This document shows, one piece after another, positions 51,480 through 61,558 of a stretch of DNA of 64,000 bases. The DNA is taken from positions 97,198-161,197 of the forward strand of contig NVWO01000001.1 of NCBI GenBank assembly GCA_002746255.1, read 5' to 3'. The stretch's first letter is position 1, and each line of letters begins with the position of its first letter. The notes under the pieces are model-generated. The model was given only the letters and a program-made list of their open reading frames with translations, ran no database searches and had not been told where the DNA came from. Source of the stretch: Rhodospirillaceae bacterium. Lineage in GTDB: Bacteria; Pseudomonadota; Alphaproteobacteria; GCA-2746255. The position numbers were made by a program, and so were the translations under genes.

Positions 51480-52046
51480 GGGCGCGACCGGAAAGCCAAG
51501 ATCGAGTTGCACCGGCACCTCGACGACGCGAAGGCGGCCCCGGCGTGGCCCGCAATAGCGGCAACAGCAATCCTGGGGGCGTCGGCGCGGCTTGCGGACA
51601 TAATGGTATTCCTGGCCGCATGCCATGCAGGCCCAGGTGACGCGGGCGTGCAGTTTTGGCGAAAGATAGGCAAGGTCGTGATTGACCAGCGGTTCTTCGC
51701 CCAAAAGTTCCATCACCTGTTTCCACCGTTTGCCGTGCCGGCAATTTTGGCGGTGGGCGAGGTCGGCAAGAATATGGGCGCATTCGTGCAGCAGGGTCGC
51801 GTTCCGGTCCGCTTCGCGACCGGGTTCAAGCAGGGCAAGATTCAAGGTGATTTTTCGAAGGGCGGTGTTGGCGGACCCTGCCTGCACCTTTGACCTCGGG
51901 CTTGTTGCAACCGTGGCGGCCAGGCAGGCCACATAGGCCTTGCCTAAAGGAAGGGCCTGGGCAAGCCGTTCCTTTACGCCCCAACGGGCCGCCATTTCTT
52001 CGACGGTGCCAAGTATTTGCGTCTTTTTTTCCCGTGTTTTGCCCAT
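51441..52046 (-). CDS. SprT-like zinc-metallopeptidase-domain protein
   Basis: HExxH motif in LLHECAHIL plus a C-terminal Cys-rich zinc ribbon (CMACGQEY...CCCRYCG). Confidence 0.6.
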   Translation of the reverse strand: MGKTREKKTQILGTVEEMAARWGVKERLAQALPLGKAYVACLAATVATSPRSKVQAGSANTALRKITLNLALLEPGREADRNATLLHECAHILADLAHRQNCRHGKRWKQVMELLGEEPLVNHDLAYLSPKLHARVTWACMACGQEYHYVRKPRRRPQDCCCRYCGPRRGRLRVVEVPVQLDLGFPVAPEIQKNKRQRKSA

Positions 52047-52054
52047 GCCAATCG

Positions 52055-52837
52055 TTAAAAGAGACTTTCGAGCGCATCGCCGATGCCCTCGGCACCGCCT
52101 TCAAGGATGTCGCCAACGCCTTTCAGGCTTTCCTCGGCCGCATCCTGGACCGCTTTGAGGCCGAGACCGGCGGTGGCCACAACGACTTGTTGGGTCACGG
52201 CTTCAAGAAGTTTTGCCGCGACGTCGCCTGGCGTCGCGCCGTCTTTTTCCTTGCCGATGTTCTTGAATTCCAGATTGGGCAGGGGCACCTCGGTCGTTCC
52301 GCTCTGGAGGCTGGACGCGCGGACACCGATGGTGCCGTTCTGTATCGTCAGTTTTTCAATGATGAGTTTTCGCGCATCTTCCTCGTCCGAGCCGCCTTTG
52401 GCCGCTGCGGTGTCCTTGGATGTGCCGCCACCGGTATAGGCGGCGATGTTTTTCTGAAGGGCTTCCAGATTGTTGCCGTTTTCATTCACCTCATAGGTCA
52501 GCTGGGGAGCGATCACGCGGATTTCTTTGATGACGATCGGGTTCCCTGTGACCGTGCCGAGGTCAAGCGTGATCGTGACCTCGCCGAGTTCGAAGGCGCT
52601 TTCCGTCTCGAACCCATCGGGATTGCCAATAAACACACCGCGCAAGGTGCCTTTGCCGTTTTGTGGTGATATTTCAACCGAGTCCACCCGCACGCGGGCT
52701 TTTAAAATCTCCGAACCATATTTTTCGATGCCGCTTTCGACGATGGAATCGATCGACCCACCGATGTAAATGACGACAATGGTTAAAATGGCCAATGTAG
52801 CGAAAACGCCGCCCGCGATTTTCAATCCCCGTCCCAT
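52055..52837 (-). CDS. Hypothetical membrane-anchored protein (DUF748/AsmA-like?)
   Basis: One N-terminal TM helix followed by a beta-rich soluble domain. Family assignment is uncertain. Confidence 0.35.
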   Translation of the reverse strand: MGRGLKIAGGVFATLAILTIVVIYIGGSIDSIVESGIEKYGSEILKARVRVDSVEISPQNGKGTLRGVFIGNPDGFETESAFELGEVTITLDLGTVTGNPIVIKEIRVIAPQLTYEVNENGNNLEALQKNIAAYTGGGTSKDTAAAKGGSDEEDARKLIIEKLTIQNGTIGVRASSLQSGTTEVPLPNLEFKNIGKEKDGATPGDVAAKLLEAVTQQVVVATAGLGLKAVQDAAEESLKGVGDILEGGAEGIGDALESLF

Positions 52838-52974
52838 GGAAGCCCCCTCTATTAAATGTGTGGGGCCATGATAGCGGATGGGCGCGTGCGTGCCAGTCCG
52901 GAAACGGGTTTAGGCTTCCAAGGAGGGGGCGCTTTTCGTTAGGCTTGGGTACGGGTGCAAGAAGGGGGCGGATC

Positions 52975-53592
52975 ATGGGCTTTTATGCGAAATACATTCT
53001 GCCGTGGGGCATTCATTTTGCCTGCGGGGTGAAGCCCATTCGCTATCAGCGGAAGAAGGTTGTGCCGCTGGCCCATGGGCGCGTGCTTGAAATCGGGATC
53101 GGCAGCGGCCTGAACCTGCCGTTTTACGACCCACGGAAGGTTGCGCGGGTCATCGGGCTTGATCCCTCTGCCGAAATGCGCCGCATCGCCGAGAAAGCTG
53201 CGCGTGCGATGCCTTTCCCGGTTGAGTTCATCGGTCTTTCCGGGGAAGACATTCCCCTGGAAAACGCAAGCGTCGATACGGTTGTCATGACCTATACGCT
53301 GTGCACGATCCCCGATCCGGTCAAAGCGTTGCGGGAAATGCGGCGCGTTCTGAAGCCCGGCGGTGCCCTGGTCTTTAGCGAGCATGGCCTGGCGCCCGAT
53401 GAAAATGTGCGGCGCACACAAGCCCGTGTTGAGCCCTATTGGAAACGGCTTGCCGGGGGGTGCCACCTGACCCGGAAAATTCCGGAACTGATTGCCGAGG
53501 GCGGGTTCCATATGACGCATCTGGACCGCATGTACATTCCCGGGTGGAAGCCGGTCAGCTTCAATTATTGGGGAACGGCGGCGGGCGCATGA
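52975..53592 (+). CDS. Class I SAM-dependent methyltransferase
   Basis: Motif I VLEIGIGSGLN and post-I motifs. The ATG at 52975 is preferred over the GTG at 52858. Its stop overlaps the downstream start (ATGA). Confidence 0.7.
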   Translation: MGFYAKYILPWGIHFACGVKPIRYQRKKVVPLAHGRVLEIGIGSGLNLPFYDPRKVARVIGLDPSAEMRRIAEKAARAMPFPVEFIGLSGEDIPLENASVDTVVMTYTLCTIPDPVKALREMRRVLKPGGALVFSEHGLAPDENVRRTQARVEPYWKRLAGGCHLTRKIPELIAEGGFHMTHLDRMYIPGWKPVSFNYWGTAAGA

Positions 53593-54878
53593 ACCGGATG
53601 GTGGCAGCGATCAGCCTGCTGGCGGTTCTTTCCTGGCCAGCGGCGGCCGCAGACCTGGCGGCGGGCATGGTTTTAGATGCGGCCAATCTGGAAAAACATC
53701 TTGAAGACCGCTTCGAGGGGACGGCTATTTCGAGCCTTCTGCCCGAACGTTTCCAATGGCAGATCCGCGAGAAAGGCCTTCGTATCAAGCTCGCCCATAG
53801 CAAAGCCCATCCCAGAGACGTGCGATTGATGGCGGCGACGGCGCGCGCGCGCGGGCGTCTTGCCATCGACCCGGAAAGTGGCCTGGTTTTCGGCTGGCAG
53901 GCGGGTGTGCCGTTCCCAGATGTGGAACGCGGCGATGCCAAGGCCGCCTGGAAGGTGATGTGGAACCTGACCTATGGACGGCCACGCGGCGATTCCCAGT
54001 TTTTTCCGATGGTGGCGACGGCGCGCATTCATGGCGAACGGGGATTTGAGACGCTAAGCCGGCAAAAGATTTTCCGGGTCTTCCTGAAAGGACGCCTGAC
54101 CGGTAAAGATGCGCCGGTGTTGGGGAGCGGGCGACTTTTTGAGAAAAGCCTCATCCTTGCCAATGGGCCGGATGATGTTCCTGGGACCGGCGCGCCCGGC
54201 AGCGGGGCCGTTCTTATCCGTTACGACACGGGTGAGGATGAATTCCTCACCACCTATTCCCATGAGGCAAAAAAAGTCGTCCGCTGGAAGGGCGGCTACT
54301 GGATGGATCAGCTCGGCATGACGGATTTTGTCGGCGATGACGTGTTTTTGTTCAATGCCTACCCAACCTGGTATGCGAATTTTAAAATTCTTGCGAAGAA
54401 AAAAGTTCTGGTTGTTGCGAACAGCGTGCATCCCTTCTGGAACCCGGACGGGAAGACGGCTCGCGAAAAGTTTCCCGGCACCGATCTTGAAAATCCGCCT
54501 CACTGGAACCCGGTCGATGAATGGGAACCGCGCGAGGTCTTTGTCATTGAAGCGACGCCGCCGGCGCTTCACCCGTATGGGCGAAAAATCCTCTACATCG
54601 ACGCGAAAAGCTGGATTCCCTATCTCGGCGAGTTCTATGCCCGAAGTGGGACGTTCTGGAAGGCAAGCGTGTTGGGGTATCGCGCCTTTCCTGTGAAGGG
54701 TGACCCGGAACGGGCCATTGTCTGGCCGACATGGCAGACGATCATCGATTTTCGGCGCAATCACGCGACGGTCTTTATCACCGACAATCGGTTGCGCTTC
54801 AACCTTGCGATTGACCCGGCGAAGCTGAACCTTGATTCAATCAAGGACCGCTGTGCGTCCTGCCTGCCTGTTGAGTAG
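53589..54878 (+). CDS. DUF1329-family periplasmic protein (second paralog)
   Basis: Signal peptide MNRMVAAISLLAVLSWPAAAA. Block-wise similarity to 49531-50844 (W...Y..SG.F, PR..Y). Confidence 0.65.
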   Translation: MNRMVAAISLLAVLSWPAAAADLAAGMVLDAANLEKHLEDRFEGTAISSLLPERFQWQIREKGLRIKLAHSKAHPRDVRLMAATARARGRLAIDPESGLVFGWQAGVPFPDVERGDAKAAWKVMWNLTYGRPRGDSQFFPMVATARIHGERGFETLSRQKIFRVFLKGRLTGKDAPVLGSGRLFEKSLILANGPDDVPGTGAPGSGAVLIRYDTGEDEFLTTYSHEAKKVVRWKGGYWMDQLGMTDFVGDDVFLFNAYPTWYANFKILAKKKVLVVANSVHPFWNPDGKTAREKFPGTDLENPPHWNPVDEWEPREVFVIEATPPALHPYGRKILYIDAKSWIPYLGEFYARSGTFWKASVLGYRAFPVKGDPERAIVWPTWQTIIDFRRNHATVFITDNRLRFNLAIDPAKLNLDSIKDRCASCLPVE

Positions 54879-54917
54879 AGGCTTTTCTTATTCCGCCGTC
54901 TTTTGTTCCGGCCCCGA

Positions 54918-55379
54918 CTAATTTTTCAGGCTTGGGAACCAGATACGCATCTCGCTGTCATCGAAGAGAAGCTGTTGACGGTCCACCTTCCAGACGCCGT
55001 CTTCTTTGACAAGGTGGTAAAGCTCATGCTCGATGCTGCTGTCCTTGTTGAAGATGTCCCGGGCGTTCAGAATGTTCGGAACGATGGCTTTGTCCCCTTT
55101 GATTTTTGCAGGGTAAAGGGTGAATTTGATGACCTTGACGCTGGCGCTGGAATAAAGCTCGCGGGTGGTGTCGGCCCATTCCTGCCTGGTTTTGCCGTCT
55201 ATAAAATCCTTTGAGATGTAATCGAAGGCCTCTTCAAAGAGATAATCCTGCAACGCCGTGAGATGTTTCTCGACGGTCGCCTTCGGTCCCAACGGTTCGG
55301 CCTGGGCTGTTGATATTTCGAGCAAGCCTCCAAGCATAAGGGCGAGTGTAACGATCATGACGCGTGCGATACGGTTCAT
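54918..55379 (-). CDS. Hypothetical secreted protein (NTF2-like?)
   Basis: Signal peptide MNRIARVMIVTLALMLGGLLEISTAQA. 153 aa. Confidence 0.35.
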   Translation of the reverse strand: MNRIARVMIVTLALMLGGLLEISTAQAEPLGPKATVEKHLTALQDYLFEEAFDYISKDFIDGKTRQEWADTTRELYSSASVKVIKFTLYPAKIKGDKAIVPNILNARDIFNKDSSIEHELYHLVKEDGVWKVDRQQLLFDDSEMRIWFPSLKN

Positions 55380-55498
55380 GGCCTTTCCTTCCTCTGGAAA
55401 TGTGGACTTTCACTGAAATTCTAGGCCAATTGGCAGGGGCCTGAAAAGCCCATCTTGATGCATGCACGGCCTGGTTCCAGGACGGGTCCGGTCGTGGC

Positions 55499-57781
55499 TT
55501 AGGCGCTTTTCCGTCGTTTCTCTGGCAGGGCCACGACGTTTTCGCCTTTGATGGCCCGCTCCTTCGGCAGCGTTATCGTCACGGTCGTGCCGTTGCCAAG
55601 GCGGCTTTGAATGTCGATCGTTCCGCCAAGCATCCCGATGAACTTTTTGACAAGGTGCAGGCCAAGTCCTGTTCCCTCATGGTTGCGGTCGAGCGCCCCA
55701 TCCGCCTGATAGAACGCTTCTGTCAGATGGGGGATTGCTTCTTCCGGAATGCCGATTCCGGTGTCGATGATGCGAATGACCGGCGCACCGTTCGCGTCCA
55801 GTTTTGCCTCGGCGGTAATCGTTCCGCCGGGCTCCGTAAATTTAACGGCATTGCCCAGCAGGTTGATGAGAATTTGCCGGAAAACGCGCATATCGATCAT
55901 CAGTTCCGGGAAGTCCGGTGCAATGACTTTTTCGATGGTCAGTTTGTCTGATTCCTCACGGCGACCGACGATCTTCAGAGAACTGTTCAGGATCGGGAGA
56001 AGCGAGCATGCCTGCTCGCGAAGCTCGAATTGGTTTGATTCAATTTTTGAGACATCCAGGATGTCGTTGATCAGGTCCAACAGATGTTCGCCGCTGCGGT
56101 AAATGTCGTCGGAATATTCCTTGTACTGGGAAACCTCGTGGGGGCCGAACATCTCGTTCTTGAGAATTTCTGAAAATCCGATGATGGCGTTTAATGGCGT
56201 GCGCAATTCGTGGCTCATATTCGCCAGGAATTCGGATTTTGCGCGGTTGGCGGAAAGGGCTTCCTCCATCGCCTGTTGCTGAGCCTCTTGTGTTTTCTTG
56301 CGTTCGCTAATGTCCCGGAAGGTGTAGACGTAAACTGCACGGGTTTCGCACGGACGTCCGAAAAGTGATGAATTGACTCTCAGGTTTGATTTGCTAACGA
56401 CGACTTCGACTTCGACCTGGGTGTCATCCTTGCGGCGAAGGGTCAGTTCGTAAGGTCCGGAGAGATGGTCGATGCTTAAAATCGCTCCCTGGAGATTTGT
56501 TTTTCCGCCCGTGATATCGATCGCTTTCAGCTCTGGAATGACCGAATAAATCTGTTGCTTCTGCATCGCATCGGCTTTGCAGCCGATCAACTTTGCCGCA
56601 CAGGAATTGAGCATCTCGATGCGTCCTTCCTTATCGACAATCACGATGCCGTCAAAACTGTCTTCGACGACGCATTTCATCATGGCGTTGCGTTGCAGGA
56701 TCGTCATGCGTTGTTCGAAAAGACGGAATGCCTGCTTGTCGAATTCCCGGAAGAAACTCACGAGGTAGGAAGCTATCGTTCCCAAAATGAGCGGCGTCGT
56801 GTCCAGGCTAAAGGGAAAATTTCCCTGTACGATTAGGGAAATCAGGAAGATCCCGCAACTTGACCCGACGACAACACCCAACCCTTGGCGCCAGGACCAC
56901 TTCGCCAGTTTCGGGCCCAGCAGGAGCACCAGCAGCAAGGTCAGGCCAAGGGCAAGCAGCGGTGTGCTGTGGTAAAGGGCCCGGCCCTGGACAATCGATT
57001 CGAAGGCGATCGCCTGAACGATGGGACCCGGCAGGGTCCGGTAAACCGGGGTCGGGATGAGGTCACCCAGTTGGATGGAGGTCGTGCCGATAATGATTTT
57101 CTTGCCGGCGACGGCTTTCGGGTCGAAATTTCCTTTGAGCACATCGGCAAAGTGAAGACGGGGCAAGGTCGCCGGCCGGATGCCGTAATCCAGGTAGTAC
57201 AGGCCGGTGGGCGATAGCGCTGCGCCTGCCAGAAGTGCCGGCATGGTTGCGAGGAACGAATCGTTCCACGGCTCGACGCTCGAATGGGTACGAACACGGC
57301 TATCGGAATCGGGGAACATGTTTACGGAGCCCAATCGGGCATGCCGCCGAAAGATTTCAAGCGGCATCGTTTGAAGAAGGTCGGCTTCTAAAATGCCTTG
57401 TGAGGCGGGCTGTTCGAAGACCGGCAGGATGACGCGATCCTTTGCCCGTTCCAGGGCGGCTGCAAGCGCCTTATCCCCCGCCGGGTCTGCGCTGGAGCTT
57501 AAATCGATATCGAGGGCGATTGTGCTTGCGCCGGCTTTGAACAGGCGATCAATGACCGTGGCATAATAGCTTCGCGGCCATGGCCAGGTGTCGAGCGTAG
57601 CCAGACTTTTGGCATCGATTTCGACGACGATGAGCTCGCCGCTCGCTTCTTTGGGGAGCATGCGAAACCGAAGGTCCATGAGGGCATTTTCAACCGGCGC
57701 GAGGGCGCCTATGAGATAGACGAGGGCCACCAGGGCAAAGACCAGAAGATGTGGCAGGCGTCGTTTCATCTGTGTTCTCAC
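55499..57781 (-). CDS. CHASE2-domain sensor histidine kinase (CHASE2-TM-PAS-HisKA-HATPase_c)
   Basis: N-terminal CHASE2-like periplasmic region (LIVVEIDAKSL...WPWPRS), TM helices, a PAS-like region, H-box SHELRTPLNAIIGFSEIL, and N/G1/G2 boxes (GNAVKFT, DTGIGIP, GTGLGL). Confidence 0.8.
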   Translation of the reverse strand: MRTQMKRRLPHLLVFALVALVYLIGALAPVENALMDLRFRMLPKEASGELIVVEIDAKSLATLDTWPWPRSYYATVIDRLFKAGASTIALDIDLSSSADPAGDKALAAALERAKDRVILPVFEQPASQGILEADLLQTMPLEIFRRHARLGSVNMFPDSDSRVRTHSSVEPWNDSFLATMPALLAGAALSPTGLYYLDYGIRPATLPRLHFADVLKGNFDPKAVAGKKIIIGTTSIQLGDLIPTPVYRTLPGPIVQAIAFESIVQGRALYHSTPLLALGLTLLLVLLLGPKLAKWSWRQGLGVVVGSSCGIFLISLIVQGNFPFSLDTTPLILGTIASYLVSFFREFDKQAFRLFEQRMTILQRNAMMKCVVEDSFDGIVIVDKEGRIEMLNSCAAKLIGCKADAMQKQQIYSVIPELKAIDITGGKTNLQGAILSIDHLSGPYELTLRRKDDTQVEVEVVVSKSNLRVNSSLFGRPCETRAVYVYTFRDISERKKTQEAQQQAMEEALSANRAKSEFLANMSHELRTPLNAIIGFSEILKNEMFGPHEVSQYKEYSDDIYRSGEHLLDLINDILDVSKIESNQFELREQACSLLPILNSSLKIVGRREESDKLTIEKVIAPDFPELMIDMRVFRQILINLLGNAVKFTEPGGTITAEAKLDANGAPVIRIIDTGIGIPEEAIPHLTEAFYQADGALDRNHEGTGLGLHLVKKFIGMLGGTIDIQSRLGNGTTVTITLPKERAIKGENVVALPEKRRKSA

Positions 57782-57898
57782 TTTTGCAAGTGCGTACGCA
57801 TGGATGTCAGGAAAAAAATCCGGAGGGGGTTTGGCGATGAAGGCCCCCTCCGGCTCTTAAGGGAAGATGGGTTGCCTGACGAGGCAACAGCGTAAAGT

Positions 57899-59011
57899 TT
57901 ATCCTTTGCCATTTCCGTTTCCGTTTCCACCACCAGCGTTTCCACCACCGGCATTTCCACCACCGGCATTTCCACCACCGGCATTTCCACCACCAGCGTT
58001 TCCACCACTGGGATTGCCGCCGCCGGGATTGCCACCGCCGGGATTGCCGCCGCCGGCATTGTTATTGCTGAGGCCGTTCTTGCCACTATTGACGTTGTTG
58101 CCTTTCCCTTTGCTGCCTTTGCTGGAGCGGCTATTTCCGGAGCCGCCCTTCGGGTTCCAATTGGCAACGAGTCCCGCGGTTACGAAAGCAGCGTCAATCC
58201 GTTTGGCCCCGAGCGTCGATTTAATTCGATGAATTTTGCCTTTGCCTTTTCCAACGGTAATCTGGCCACGGCCTTTTGAATCGACAGTCGCCCTTTGGCC
58301 GGGACGAATGATCGTGATATTGCCGCCTTTCAACGAGGCGACCTGTACGGCCCCTTCGTGCACGTCGACGGAACTACCCAGCGCGTCGACATTTACCGTA
58401 AAGATGGTGCCTTTGATGACGGCTGCGAGATAAGGGGTGCCGACGGAAAAACGCCGTTCCGGCCGCCGATCCATGTCGAACAGCACCTTGCCAAGGGATT
58501 GGAAAATGCTGTCGCTTCCCTTCGTCGGAATTTCGATTTCACTGTTCGACGAAACGGTGATCACGTCCTTGCCCTGTTTCAGGACAAACCGGCCATTGGC
58601 GCCGGTTTTCACCTGCATGCCGGGGGCGATGCGGGTTGTTGTTTTCGCCAGCGGTTTCCAGGTCGCGCCGGTGGCGATTCGAACCCGGACATCGCCGATG
58701 TAATTTGTGATCGACCAGGCTTTTGGCTGCGACGCGTTCGGATCACGGCGCGCATTCAGGGAGGCGAGCGTGATCTGCCCGGCCTTCTCGAGAGCCGCGT
58801 TCGCGGAGGATTTGAGATGTCCTTGCCAATTGCTTCCTGCCAAGCCGGCGATATTCTCCGCCTGGGTGGTGGGGGCGCCTTCACGATTTTCGGTGTTTTG
58901 ATCGCCAGCGGCAGCAATTCCCGACATGGCACCAAAACCGGCAAATACGAAGGCCGCCAAGAAGGCGAAGCGCGCGAATTTTTTGCCTGAATTTTGTCCC
59001 GGATTTTGCAT
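57899..59011 (-). CDS. FecR-domain secreted protein with C-terminal Gly/Asn-rich repeat tail
   Basis: Signal peptide, FecR-like beta-sandwich region, and a C-terminus of more than 8 GGNAG/GGNPG pentapeptides. Confidence 0.6.
   Translation of the reverse strand: MQNPGQNSGKKFARFAFLAAFVFAGFGAMSGIAAAGDQNTENREGAPTTQAENIAGLAGSNWQGHLKSSANAALEKAGQITLASLNARRDPNASQPKAWSITNYIGDVRVRIATGATWKPLAKTTTRIAPGMQVKTGANGRFVLKQGKDVITVSSNSEIEIPTKGSDSIFQSLGKVLFDMDRRPERRFSVGTPYLAAVIKGTIFTVNVDALGSSVDVHEGAVQVASLKGGNITIIRPGQRATVDSKGRGQITVGKGKGKIHRIKSTLGAKRIDAAFVTAGLVANWNPKGGSGNSRSSKGSKGKGNNVNSGKNGLSNNNAGGGNPGGGNPGGGNPSGGNAGGGNAGGGNAGGGNAGGGNAGGGNGNGNGKG
57912..58060. repeat. Tandem 15-bp coding repeats (TTTCCACCACCGGCA-type)
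   Basis: Visible array (gtttccaccaccagc / atttccaccaccggc / gattgccgccgccgg)n encoding the Gly-rich tail of the FecR-like protein on the minus strand. Confidence 0.8.
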
Positions 59012-59298
59012 CGTCCTATTCCTCTAAACTTCCATCTCTTTTACACTGGCTCCAATAACCGTCGAATTAAGAGAAAGTTTCAATAGGTTTCGTTTCGGAT
59101 TTATTTGTGTTTTTTCGCTAATTTATTTAAAAATGTTTCTATTAATGTTTTTTTAATTCTAGTTAATATCTAGTGACTGGAATTCATTGAAAAGTCTGCA
59201 AGGAGCGAACGCGTGTTAACCAAGCCGGGAAAAATGGGCGATGTTTCGTTAACAGAGAAAAATCATTTTTTTCTCGCTGCCTGATCGCTTTTTGCATT

Positions 59299-60948
59299 TT
59301 GGCAGTGCTGATTGCGCCTGTCGGGGCGCTGGCACAGCAGAGCCGGCCTTCCTCCGAGGTGGGCCAGATCGAAAAACGGCTGGTTCTGCCCAAACGGCTG
59401 CCGACTGAAATCGATGCGATCGAAACGCCGGAGATCGTGGTGGCACCTGCGCCTGCGGAGGGGGTGGACACCTTTGTTCTTGAAAAAATTGAAGTTACAG
59501 GCGCAACCGTGTTTGAGCCCTCGGAATTTGCGGAACTGTACGCGGACAGCCTGGCGCGCGCGATTTCGCTTGGCGATGTCGAAGCCCTTCTTGCGGCGAT
59601 TACGGAAAAATATCACAAGGCGGGCTATGTGCTTTCCCGGGCGGTGGCCCCTCCCCAAAGTCTGGATGAAGGTGTCCTGCGCGTCCGTATTATCGAAGGC
59701 TATGTCGAGCGCGTTGTCTTTGATGGAGACGCGCCGGGCGGCGAGGCCTTGCTTGCGCGCCATGCGGCGAACCTGACAGACGTTCGCCCCACGACCCTTT
59801 CGGCGCTTGAACGTACAATCCTTCTTCTGAACGATCTGCCGGGGTTGTGGATGCGTTCCGCCTTACGCCCGCTGGATGAGGAAGCGGGAACCTACGAACT
59901 CCACCTAACCCTTCACCACAACCCGGTGGAGGGCTATGCCGGTCTTGACAATCGAGGCACGCCAGATGTCGGGCGATTGCAGGGCTACGTCACCGTGGAT
60001 CTCAACTCGATTTTTGGTTTGCTCGAACGGACGCAGCTTACCTTTTATACGATTCCGGATACGCCGGAGGAGCTTCTTTATTTCGCGATCCGCCATGAAC
60101 AGTCGATTGGTTCCCAAGGGACGAAGGTCATTCTTTCGGGGTCGCAAAGTTTTGTTGATTCTGGTGCCGATCTTGAAATCTTTGGCCTGGAAAGCACCGG
60201 CACGCGCCTAAGCATCGAAGTGCAGCATCCCTTGATCCGTTCGCGGGCGGAAAGCCTCTATATTCATGGGCGGTTTGACTATCTGAACGCTGACGAGGAA
60301 CAGCTGGGCGTTGAGACCTTTGACGATCATCTTCGGGTGCTTCGACTTGGCGGGCGCTATTACTTTGGCGACACGCTTCTCGGGAGCGAACACGGGGGCA
60401 CGAACCAAATCGGTCTGGAGTTTAGCCAGGGGCTTAAAATCTTTGACGAATCGAAAGAAGGCGCGCTTAATCTTTCGCGGTTTCGCGGACGCAGTGATTT
60501 TACGAAGATAACGGCGGACATGTACCGTTATCAAAAAATCACGAACAGATGGGGCTTGAGCCTCTTCGTCGCTGGCCAGAAATCCGCCCATGCCCTTCTC
60601 TCAGCCGAAGAATTCCGCCTCGGCGGCACCCGTTTTGGCCGCGCCTATGATCCATCCGAATTGACCGGGGTTGATGGCGTGGGGGGCATCTTGGAGCTTC
60701 AATATGGCCGCTCCGTTGCGTGGAATATTGTGAAGAGATATCAGCTCTATGGCTTCTATGACCTTGGGGCGGTTTGGGACAATGATGGGCGCCAGCGTTC
60801 GCTGAGTTCGGCTGGGGCCGGGGTCCGGACATGGATTTATGAAACCATGACGGCGAATTTCGAGGTTGCGCTACCGCTGACGCGACGTGTCTTCACCGAG
60901 GGCGACAACAGCATGCGGTTTTTCTTCAGCCTTCAGACAAGCTTCTGA
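59299..60948 (+). CDS. ShlB/FhaC/HecB-family outer-membrane transporter (TpsB-like, POTRA + beta-barrel)
   Basis: POTRA-like region (VLRVRIIEGYVERVVFDG) and a C-terminal beta-barrel ending in an aromatic residue (SLQTSF). The start codon and signal peptide are uncertain; the track start is TTG. Confidence 0.7.
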   Translation: MAVLIAPVGALAQQSRPSSEVGQIEKRLVLPKRLPTEIDAIETPEIVVAPAPAEGVDTFVLEKIEVTGATVFEPSEFAELYADSLARAISLGDVEALLAAITEKYHKAGYVLSRAVAPPQSLDEGVLRVRIIEGYVERVVFDGDAPGGEALLARHAANLTDVRPTTLSALERTILLLNDLPGLWMRSALRPLDEEAGTYELHLTLHHNPVEGYAGLDNRGTPDVGRLQGYVTVDLNSIFGLLERTQLTFYTIPDTPEELLYFAIRHEQSIGSQGTKVILSGSQSFVDSGADLEIFGLESTGTRLSIEVQHPLIRSRAESLYIHGRFDYLNADEEQLGVETFDDHLRVLRLGGRYYFGDTLLGSEHGGTNQIGLEFSQGLKIFDESKEGALNLSRFRGRSDFTKITADMYRYQKITNRWGLSLFVAGQKSAHALLSAEEFRLGGTRFGRAYDPSELTGVDGVGGILELQYGRSVAWNIVKRYQLYGFYDLGAVWDNDGRQRSLSSAGAGVRTWIYETMTANFEVALPLTRRVFTEGDNSMRFFFSLQTSF

Positions 60949-61046
60949 GCCATTTTGGCAAGATAGGCCTTCCAAACGAGCAGCGAATTTTGACGCCACC
61001 ACCTGACGCTTAAGCGCAGGCGGTTTCCGCTAGATTGCGGCGAGGT

Positions 61047-61400
61047 TCAAGAAGCGGTGTGCGATTTCTGTTTTTTCGGGTTGTTTTTTTGCACATGGTC
61101 CTCCAATTGCCGGACCGCTGCGCTGAAGGCGTCCCGGATTGCGACATAAACGTCCTCATGCGCATGATTTTTTGGCCCATTATGATTGACGACAAGTTCC
61201 TTGCCGGGAATGGAGATATCGATTCGCACATTGTAGAGCTTGCCCTTTTGATGGTGGCGATGCGGCGCTTCGATGACGACGCGGCAGCTTGTAATGCGAT
61301 CGGATAAACGTTCGAGCTTTATGGCTTTTTCCCGGACGTTTGTTTCCACCGATTCCGATGGGTCCATGTTTCGAAAGGTAATCTGCAACGGAAGTTCCAT
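61047..61400 (-). CDS. hpf: Ribosome hibernation-promoting factor / RaiA-family (short form)
   Basis: MELPLQITFRNMDPSESVETNVREKAIKLERL...HRHHQKGKLYNVRIDISIPGKELVV matches the YfiA/HPF beta-alpha-beta-beta-beta-alpha signature. 117 aa. Confidence 0.6.
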   Translation of the reverse strand: MELPLQITFRNMDPSESVETNVREKAIKLERLSDRITSCRVVIEAPHRHHQKGKLYNVRIDISIPGKELVVNHNGPKNHAHEDVYVAIRDAFSAAVRQLEDHVQKNNPKKQKSHTAS

Positions 61401-61558
61401 GCGTTCTTTCCTCCAAAAAATGTCTTAACGAGACGGGGCCTGTTGTGTTGGGGCAGATTTAGATAATTGTACCACCTTCTATGAGAATACGGGATTGCTA
61501 AGGCATGCACCTTATATTTAGCGCGTGGAAACAGAAATAGTAGTGGCATCGACACATT

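Noticed and set aside
57912-58060. Tandem repeat array considered as a possible CRISPR or minisatellite
   Set aside because: Units are 15 bp and directly abutting with no spacers, and they sit in-frame inside the FecR-like gene. It is a coding Gly-rich repeat, not CRISPR.
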